From Paraspadella gotoi (lineage: Eukaryota > Animalia > Chaetognatha): DNA of 10,525 nucleotides. The stretch lies in NCBI GenBank assembly GCA_051294375.1, contig JBJCIZ010000027.1, positions 7,945 to 18,469 on the forward strand. The letters are read 5' to 3'. The first letter of the stretch is position 1. The number at the start of each line of letters is the position of its first letter. Shown here one piece after another: positions 1-6,385 of this stretch. The position numbers and the translations under genes are program-made. The notes beneath the pieces are model-generated. The model had not been told where the DNA came from. It was given only the letters and a program-made list of their open reading frames with translations, and made no database searches.

Positions 1-172
1 GCAGAGTCCCGAGTTCGAGACTGAGGAGCCACTCTTTTATTTATTTTATAATTAATTAAGAATTCGAATTAAAATGTATCGAGATGTTTTCTAGGTAACG
101 ATATCGATCGGCCTTGGCCGTCGGCAATCACCAGAGGCTTGTGGAGGAATTATATCGGGTTCAAATCCCACA
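1..172 (-). repeat. 3' LTR of element A (partial)
   Basis: Minus strand begins TGTGGG immediately after the PPT and contains TATAAAATAAATAAAA (TATA-like/AATAAA, + coordinates 35-50). No second LTR copy in the window, so the far boundary is unknown. Confidence 0.75.
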
Positions 173-180
173 TCCCCCCC
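173..180 (-). promoter_or_regulatory. Polypurine tract (PPT) of element A
   Basis: Minus strand GGGGGGGA directly before TG, about 135 nt after the pol stop; B has the equivalent arrangement. Confidence 0.85.
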
Positions 181-314
181 AGACGGAAACATCACGGTTT
201 GCGGAGAGTATGGGCTTATTAGGTAAGCAAAAAGTGATTTGAGTAGATATAATTGTTAACTACTATTTACATATGTTATCTAAATACTAAAATGAAAGTA
301 AATTGTTTTCGAAC

Positions 315-3300
315 TCACTCTAAGTCCAATAGATGGCGGATGACTGCATCATAATTGGGCTTGGTGCTAGAGTTTATGTTTTTGTAGGAGAAATCTGTTG
401 GTTTGGGACGAGAGAAACGTTCGAGGGGTGGGCGTGGCCGGCGGCTCGCTACTTCCGTTTGCTCGGGTGCCATCGTTGGCGCCGGCGGCGAATTCATGGT
501 CGACGGCGGCGCTGGAATCGTTTGAGTGGCGTCGCGTGGTTGAACGGAAGTGGGCGTGGGCGCTTCGGTTGGCGCTGGCGCCTGCGAGCTGCTTGGCGCT
601 TCGTTTTGATCGGCTTGGAGGTCCTCGTTCTCGTCTTCTTCGTTGTCCTCTTGATTTTGAATTTGCTGCTGACGTCGAGATGCCGATCTAGTTTGTCTTG
701 ACGTTGCTTGGGGGTGTCGAGTACGAGGTCCTGGGCGACGACCTGGAGGAGGTGGCGACGATGGCGGAGAAGGTTGTGATGCCAATTCCTCGCCGTCGTC
801 GTCTCGCCACAGTGTCGCTGGTTTGATTCTAGCGATGGCTACCGTCTCAGGGCCGCGGCCAGGCATTTCGATCTTGAAGTTTAGATTGTCGCGGCTGATT
901 ACCCGGTAGGGCCCATGATACGGTGCTGTGAGTGGAGGGTTTACGCCGGAGCGTTGAACGAAGACGTGTGTCGCTTCGGCGAGAGTGTCTGGCAGATAAA
1001 CGCGTGGGTTTCGATGAGTTGAGGTCTCCGTGGGTTGTAGACGTTCCACCTCGAGGCGGAGATTATCTCGTAGGCCTCGACGTTGCTCTTGGAGGCGCTC
1101 GTCGCTCATTGGGGGCGGTAAGAGATCTCCTGGGACTGCGAGGCCTTCGCCAAACACTAACTCGGCCGGAGAGGCGCCGATATCGGGCTTGATAGTTGTG
1201 CGTATCGCTAGGAGTGCCGAGGGCAACCGCCAGAACCACTGGTGCGGTTGATCGTCGCCGAGAGCTATTAACGCTTCCTTTAAGCGTCGGTGGAAGCGTT
1301 CCACCAGTCCATTAGACTGAGGATGGTATGCTGCCGTCTGGTGGTGCTTAATGCCCCACAGCTGCGTCAGCTGCGTCCATATCGCTGTCGAAAATTGTGC
1401 GCCTCGGTCTGTTGTGATATCCGCTGGGACGCCGAAGTGAGCAATCCATCCATGGGTGATGGCGTCGATGACGGATGTTGTCGACATGTCCTTCATCGGC
1501 ACAGCGGCAGGCCATCTGGAGAACCTGTCTACGATGGTGAGGAGTGAGCTGAAGCCGTTTGATTGTGGCATCAAGGTGATGTCGACATTTAAGTGGCTGA
1601 AGCGCTTGGCTGGGACCTCGAACTCCCCTATATTCGGTGTCACGTGACGCGTTACTTTGGCGCGCTGGCACTGAAGGCATTCTCGCGCCCAGCGAGTGGC
1701 GTCCGCTTTGAGTGATGGCCATACGAATTTTGAGGCGATCGTCTCGCGAGTACGGGCGACTCCTGGGTGTCCCAGGCCATGAATGGCGTCGAATATTTTT
1801 CTCCGCCATGATTCGGGCACGAAGGGGCGGGCGGGGCCGTTGGAGACGTCGACGAAGAGCTCGTGATCCCCGACGGTCACCTTGCGGAACTGGAGGCCCG
1901 TCCTGGCGTCGTTTGAGAGGCGCTGAAAGTCCCTATCGAGGGCCTGATGGCGCGCCATATCTTCGAGATTGACGCCTTCTTGCCCAATGGCGTTGACCGT
2001 TGCTTGGAGGTCTTGAGACTTCTCCTGTGAGACTGGGCGGTCGATCGCTGCGATTGGCGGGGGGTTTGGCCTTGACAACGCGTCGGCGACCACGTTCGCT
2101 TTGCCGCGGATGTGCCGGATATCCGTTGTGAATTCTGAGATTACAGACAACTGGAAGTTGTGACGCGTCGTTTGAGGCTCGGAACGTTTATGCAAGGCGT
2201 GGATTAATGACTGGTGGTCTGTGTAAAGGGTAAAGGATCTCCCCTCCAACCAGTGCCGGAAGTGGCGGACGGCTCTAAACGCGCCATAGAGCTCCCGGTC
2301 GAATGGCGGCCATCTGCGTTGAGATTCATCGAGCTTGGCGGAGAAGAATGCCAGAGGCTCCCATCCTTGCGGCGTTCTTTGCTCAAGGACGGCTCCGACT
2401 GCGATATCGGAGGCGTCTGTGGTAAGCGCCAGCTGGGCGTTGGTGCGAGGGTGTCGGAGGAGCGCCGCTTTGGCGAGCGCCTCTTTGATCGCGTCAAATG
2501 ACTTCGAGCAGGCCTCCGACCAATTCAGCTGCTTAGGTTTGCCTGCTAGGATGTCGTACAAGGCGGCGGCATGGTGAGCGGCGTTTGGTATGAACCGTCG
2601 GTAGTAGTTCACCATGCCTAAAAACCTTTGCAGTTCCTTGACGGTTGTGGGCGGGTTCGTCGCGCGAATGGCGTCGACCTTTTGAGGTAATGGCTTAACT
2701 CCGGTTGCATCAACTAGATAACCTAGGAATTCAAGCGATGATTGTCCCAAGAGGCATTTTTTTCTGTTGATGACCAGGCCGTTGTCGGCGAGTGAGTTGA
2801 AGACAGCTTCGAGGTCGTGGAGATGTTCCTCCTGATTTGCGCTGGCGACGAGAATATCGTCCAGATACACGTACGTGTGCGGGACATCCCCTAAGATCTC
2901 ATCCATCATCCTCTGGAAGTCTTGCCCCGCGTTCTTGAGGCCGAACGGGGTGCGGAGGAAAACGAATAGACCGAAGGGGGTTATGACGGCTGTCTTAGGT
3001 ATATCTTCTTCCGCTACGGGGATCTGATGATACCCCTTAAGCAGATCTATTTTCGAGAAGATCTTTTTCCCTGCCAATTCGGCGTTGAAGTCCGCTAATA
3101 ATTTGACAGGGTATTTGTCGTCTTTGGTGTTGGCATTTAATCGACGGAAGTCTCCGCAGCACCTCCATCCGCCGTCCGACTTGGGGACGCATAGCAGAGG
3201 TGAGGACCAAGAACTTTTGGCCCGCTTAGCGACGCCGAGGGCAACCAACTTCTCCAATTCGGCCTTCGCCACAGCGAGTTTTTCTGGCGGTAGGCGGCGT

Positions 3301-3872
3301 GCTCGCGCTTGGCAAGGTCGGCCGAAGGTTGGGATGTGGTGCTTGACTCCATGTTTTGGTTCTCTAATTTCGAAAGTGGGAGTCGCTAAAGTCGGGTATT
3401 GGTCGAGCAGTTTATAATAAACATTGTCTTCCTCTTCGATGAAATTCGCGTGGGATGGAGGAGGGACGTCGGAGACGTCGCAGGAGATGGTCGATAAATC
3501 CCTGAGGTCAAGCAGGGTCCCGTCTCGGTGGTTAGGGGCCAAGTAAAATTCGGCCAAAAAATCGGCCCCCAATATGCTTTGTGTGACGTCCGCCACAACG
3601 AAATCGAATGTAAAAACTCTAGAGCCGAGTACTACTCGTCGGCGGACGTTGCCATAGACGTTGATTGCAGTGCCATTAGCTGCTTGAAGTTTTGGGCCCT
3701 TTGGCCCCGCCACCCGCTGTGCTGCTGTCGGAGGAACGAGTGAGAGGAGGGCGCCTCCGTCGACGAGCCACTTGCGGCCGTCGGTGGCGTCCTTCACTTG
3801 CAGCAAGAAATTGTCGGGTGAATCTGTATTGGCGCGGGGGACAGCGTTCACCGGCGCTGGCCCGCGGCGCCG
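315..3872 (-). CDS. pol: Pol polyprotein of element A (protease, RT, RNase H, integrase), probably expressed as Gag-Pol by -1 frameshift; part of ORF 315..4043
   Basis: LVDGGA..ILGADFL protease; DFRRLN, PFGLKNA, YLDD (2856-2867) RT; TDAS..EL..TDH..ADALSR RNase H; HGLGH..CLQC zinc finger; HLNVD/TTDRG/NGLVER DDE core; PYHGPY GPY/F module. Confidence 0.95.
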   Translation of the reverse strand, partial: RRRGPAPVNAVPRANTDSPDNFLLQVKDATDGRKWLVDGGALLSLVPPTAAQRVAGPKGPKLQAANGTAINVYGNVRRRVVLGSRVFTFDFVVADVTQSILGADFLAEFYLAPNHRDGTLLDLRDLSTISCDVSDVPPPSHANFIEEEDNVYYKLLDQYPTLATPTFEIREPKHGVKHHIPTFGRPCQARARRLPPEKLAVAKAELEKLVALGVAKRAKSSWSSPLLCVPKSDGGWRCCGDFRRLNANTKDDKYPVKLLADFNAELAGKKIFSKIDLLKGYHQIPVAEEDIPKTAVITPFGLFVFLRTPFGLKNAGQDFQRMMDEILGDVPHTYVYLDDILVASANQEEHLHDLEAVFNSLADNGLVINRKKCLLGQSSLEFLGYLVDATGVKPLPQKVDAIRATNPPTTVKELQRFLGMVNYYRRFIPNAAHHAAALYDILAGKPKQLNWSEACSKSFDAIKEALAKAALLRHPRTNAQLALTTDASDIAVGAVLEQRTPQGWEPLAFFSAKLDESQRRWPPFDRELYGAFRAVRHFRHWLEGRSFTLYTDHQSLIHALHKRSEPQTTRHNFQLSVISEFTTDIRHIRGKANVVADALSRPNPPPIAAIDRPVSQEKSQDLQATVNAIGQEGVNLEDMARHQALDRDFQRLSNDARTGLQFRKVTVGDHELFVDVSNGPARPFVPESWRRKIFDAIHGLGHPGVARTRETIASKFVWPSLKADATRWARECLQCQRAKVTRHVTPNIGEFEVPAKRFSHLNVDITLMPQSNGFSSLLTIVDRFSRWPAAVPMKDMSTTSVIDAITHGWIAHFGVPADITTDRGAQFSTAIWTQLTQLWGIKHHQTAAYHPQSNGLVERFHRRLKEALIALGDDQPHQWFWRLPSALLAIRTTIKPDIGASPAELVFGEGLAVPGDLLPPPMSDERLQEQRRGLRDNLRLEVERLQPTETSTHRNPRVYLPDTLAEATHVFVQRSGVNPPLTAPYHGPYRVISRDNLNFKIEMPGRGPETVAIARIKPATLWRDDDGEELASQPSPPSSPPPPGRRPGPRTRHPQATSRQTRSASRRQQQIQNQEDNEEDENEDLQADQNEAPSSSQAPAPTEAPTPTSVQPRDATQTIPAPPSTMNSPPAPTMAPEQTEVASRRPRPPLERFSRPKPTDFSYKNINSSTKPNYDAVIRHLLDLE

Positions 3873-3878
3873 TTTCCC
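3817..3878 (-). promoter_or_regulatory. -1 ribosomal frameshift signal of element A (G GGA AAC plus pseudoknot)
   Basis: Heptamer GGGAAAC in the gag frame (+ 3872-3878), 6-nt spacer, stem GCGGG..CAGCG/CGCTG..CCCGC, loop GGTGAA complementary to downstream TTCACC. Confidence 0.85.
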
Positions 3879-4972
3879 GTTGCCGGCTCCTTCCTTTCTC
3901 GACGTTCGCCTTTGCGGGCGCAACCGCGCTCGCAACGGAAGGCGGCGTCGCCGAACTTTAGGTGCCATTTGCAGACTTGTTTGAGTCGCGCGTTTGGAGG
4001 GCGGGTATTCGTTGACGGGCCGCTCGAGGAGTTTTGGCGCCATGCGTTGTTTTGTGAGCGATTTCTATCGCGGCGTTGGCCTTGAATCGTGTTGACGCCG
4101 GCGTCGTTTTCTCCTTCGGAATCGCTTGTCGAATCCTCGGCTGGATTATCTGGCGTGGCGGCGCTAATCGTCGACGCTGGCGCTGCAAGGGTTGGACGGC
4201 CTTCAGAGTCGAAGAATTTGTCGGCCGCTTCCGCTAGTTGGGCGGCCGTCCAGTCATCCACCTTATCCTCGAGTGATCTCCTTATTTCCAAAGGAAGGCC
4301 TCTAACGATAGTTTCCTTCTTTAAATCGTCGATTGTGAGTGCCTTTATTTTGTCCTCGAGGCGGGCGAGGTGCTGGGACGGTTTTAAGCCGTCTCTAGTA
4401 AATCCGTCGAGCAATATTGCCGCTTGTTGACGTGGCGTGGTTCCGTACTCTTTACGGAGATACGAGATGAATGCCGTCCAATTAGCTTCCGTTGGCTCGC
4501 CATAAAGGAAAGAATTAATTCGCGGGTTAGCGTCGACGCTAATTTTTGCCTCCAGGTGGGCGAATTTTTCACTCGCCTCGCGCACGTTGGCGCGGATGTA
4601 TGCCGCTTCCACTCGGCGGATCCAAATTTCAATGTTTTTAGTGTCGAATGCCGGCAGTTCCGGTTTTTTCTTTTTCTCCAGCGCCTTTAGCGCCGCTGCC
4701 AGCGCTGAACGGAGCGCCTCCGTCTCGTCGGATCCAGAGGCTGCTGCCATGTTTCCGTTGGCCTGGGCGAAGGCTCTCAGATTCGGAGACGTCGGAGGAA
4801 AGGCAAAGAATCTTCCTGGGGAAGCTGGCGGGAGTGTTGGAGCTGGCGCGCCGGTCGAGTTATTTGGAGAGGTCTCGCGAGATATGCGGCCTCTGCCGGC
4901 GCCTGTGGGGACAGTGAGGTTGACTTGATGGCGTTGACGGGCGGTTTGACGCGTCTCCCTTGACTCGCTCAT
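3848..4972 (-). CDS. gag: Gag of element A (374 aa)
   Basis: LPAFD..WIRRVEA capsid-type N-terminal motif; CKWHLKFGDAAFRCERGC CHCC knuckle (3920-3973); lies upstream of and overlaps pol; homologous to 5270-6352. Confidence 0.93.
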   Translation of the reverse strand: MSESRETRQTARQRHQVNLTVPTGAGRGRISRETSPNNSTGAPAPTLPPASPGRFFAFPPTSPNLRAFAQANGNMAAASGSDETEALRSALAAALKALEKKKKPELPAFDTKNIEIWIRRVEAAYIRANVREASEKFAHLEAKISVDANPRINSFLYGEPTEANWTAFISYLRKEYGTTPRQQAAILLDGFTRDGLKPSQHLARLEDKIKALTIDDLKKETIVRGLPLEIRRSLEDKVDDWTAAQLAEAADKFFDSEGRPTLAAPASTISAATPDNPAEDSTSDSEGENDAGVNTIQGQRRDRNRSQNNAWRQNSSSGPSTNTRPPNARLKQVCKWHLKFGDAAFRCERGCARKGERRERKEPATGNGAAGQRR

Positions 4973-5042
4973 CGATGGATTGGGCGTAGAGAAGGTTGGA
5001 ATTGTTTGTAGTCGGGTTTACCAATGTAGATGGCGAAAAGTA

Positions 5043-5052
5043 NNNNNNNNNN
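5043..5052. other. Assembly gap (10 N)
   Basis: Run of ten N between the two elements. Confidence 0.99.
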
Positions 5053-5070
5053 CACCGAATCCGCGCCACA
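5053..5070 (+). repeat. 3' end (U5) of the 5' LTR of element B
   Basis: Ends GCCACA (5065-5070), the reverse complement of TGTGGC at 10486-10491; followed after 2 nt by TGG. Confidence 0.8.
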
Positions 5071-5072
5071 CT

Positions 5073-5085
5073 TGGCGAGACCGAC
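5073..5085 (+). promoter_or_regulatory. Primer binding site, tRNA-Trp-like but imperfect
   Basis: TGGCGAGACCGAC 2 nt after the LTR-terminal CA; 10/13 match to the metazoan tRNA-Trp PBS TGGTGACCCCGAC. Confidence 0.75.
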
Positions 5086-5269
5086 TTAAGAACGAAACCA
5101 ACCTTCAAGAAGGAGAAGAAGCGGAACCTAATACCTCTCTAGGTAAGATTGGGTGAGCGAGATTGATATTAAAGCAAATCACCCAATTGCTCATACTTCT
5201 CCTCCGTTTTTTATTAACGAAAACCTTCACTGGGAGTCAATAACGCCGGCGACGGGTCAATAGGCATCG

Positions 5270-6352
5270 ATGAGCGACTCCGACGTTCGATCTAGGCTCC
5301 GCTCCGCCCAGCGCGCCGCCGACGAGCAACGCGACGCCACAGCTACCCTGCAAATCCCTACAGGATTCGGACGGGGACAAAGATCACGTTCAACGTCACC
5401 TATCTTCGCTGACGCCGCTCCGACCTTCAATTTTCGAAGGATAAGCGGCGAAAACTTCGTCGACGCCGAGATGGCCGCCGCCGATGCGCCAACGCGTGAC
5501 CTCAGGGACGAAAACGATGAGCTACGCGCAGCCCTGGCCGCAGCGACGAGGGCGCTCGAAAGAGCGTCAAACCGGAAGCCAGAGCTACCTGACTTCGACA
5601 CTACGAATATAGAGATATGGATTAAACGCGTGGAGGCGGCATATACTCGCGCTGGAATCGCCGCCCCCAAAACAAAATTCGCGCACTTAGAGTCAAAGAT
5701 TGGAGTGAAAGTCGACCCGAAAATCAATCAGTTCCTCTATGGGGAGGCGACCGACTCAACTTGGCAATCATTTCTGGACTATCTAAGAAAGGAATATGGA
5801 CTCTCGCGCCGCCAGCAAGCGGCCAATCTCTTGGATTCGATCGACTCAGACGGCATGAAGCCGTCAAAGCTCCTCGCTCAGCTTGAGGATAAGACCAAGA
5901 CGTTGACCTTAGACGACGTCCGGAAAGAGAAGATTATGAGGGAACTCCCCACTGAAGTGCGTCGTCAGCTGGAGGAGAAGGCCGACGAACTATCAGCAAG
6001 TCAACTCTGTGAGCTTGCCGATCGACATTTCGACAGTGAGGGAAACCTCAAAATTCGACAAAGCTCCACTCTGGTCAACCACGTCGAACAACATCGCCAC
6101 GAGCAGTTCGAGTCAGCGTCAGAAGAGGACGACACCGTCAACGCCGTCAACGTCAACAGGAAGAGAAGCTTCATGGGGAAAAAGAAACCAGGCCACGTCT
6201 CCAAAGCGAAAACAAAGCCAAAACTTGTGACACTCTGCCACAAGCATGCAAAATTCGGTGAAGACGCTTGGTCTTGCGAAGTAGGTTGCTCCAAATATGA
6301 GGAAACGCAGCGCAAGAAAGAGGGAAATGGCAGAGGGGGGCGACGTCGGTGA
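5270..6352 (+). CDS. gag: Gag of element B (360 aa)
   Basis: LPDFD..WIKRVEA motif; CHKHAKFGEDAWSCEVGC CHCC knuckle (6236-6289); homologous to gag A. Confidence 0.93.
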   Translation: MSDSDVRSRLRSAQRAADEQRDATATLQIPTGFGRGQRSRSTSPIFADAAPTFNFRRISGENFVDAEMAAADAPTRDLRDENDELRAALAAATRALERASNRKPELPDFDTTNIEIWIKRVEAAYTRAGIAAPKTKFAHLESKIGVKVDPKINQFLYGEATDSTWQSFLDYLRKEYGLSRRQQAANLLDSIDSDGMKPSKLLAQLEDKTKTLTLDDVRKEKIMRELPTEVRRQLEEKADELSASQLCELADRHFDSEGNLKIRQSSTLVNHVEQHRHEQFESASEEDDTVNAVNVNRKRSFMGKKKPGHVSKAKTKPKLVTLCHKHAKFGEDAWSCEVGCSKYEETQRKKEGNGRGGRRR

Positions 6353-6385
6353 ACGCCGTCCCCCAGACGTCGAATAAATCACCGA
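6322..6385 (+). promoter_or_regulatory. -1 ribosomal frameshift signal of element B (G GGA AAU plus pseudoknot)
   Basis: GGGAAAT at 6322-6328 in the gag frame, 6-nt spacer, stem GGGGGGCGACG/CGCCGTCCCCC, loop TCGGTGAA complementary to TCACCGA at 6379-6385; the -1 frame is open into pol. Confidence 0.85.

Larger units (their letters stand above)
1..5042 (-). mobile_element. Ty3/Gypsy LTR retrotransposon A (CsRn1-like lineage); 3' LTR truncated by the window edge, 5' LTR/PBS lost in or beyond the gap
   Basis: gag then pol in PR-RT-RH-IN order (Gypsy order), CHCC gag knuckle, PPT GGGGGGGA followed by TGTGGG on the minus strand; ORFs uninterrupted. Confidence 0.95.

Noticed and set aside
100-181. 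Complete tRNA gene around GGGTTCAAATCCC
   Set aside because: T-stem has only 3 bp, and there is no complementary acceptor 5' strand or anticodon arm; kept only as a B-box-like motif.
3873-4043. ATG at 4043 as an independent pol start in A
   Set aside because: The extra N-terminus is the alternative frame of the gag CHCC region and has no counterpart in B; the conserved slippery site explains pol expression.
333-4928. Many short + strand and alternative-frame ORFs over element A
   Set aside because: Shadow ORFs of GC-rich coding sequence with no recognisable domains.
6349-6352. GTGA start/stop overlap suggesting bacterial-type translational coupling or reinitiation
   Set aside because: The element is eukaryotic; the GTG is the Val of VNAV in a frame already open from the slippery heptamer.
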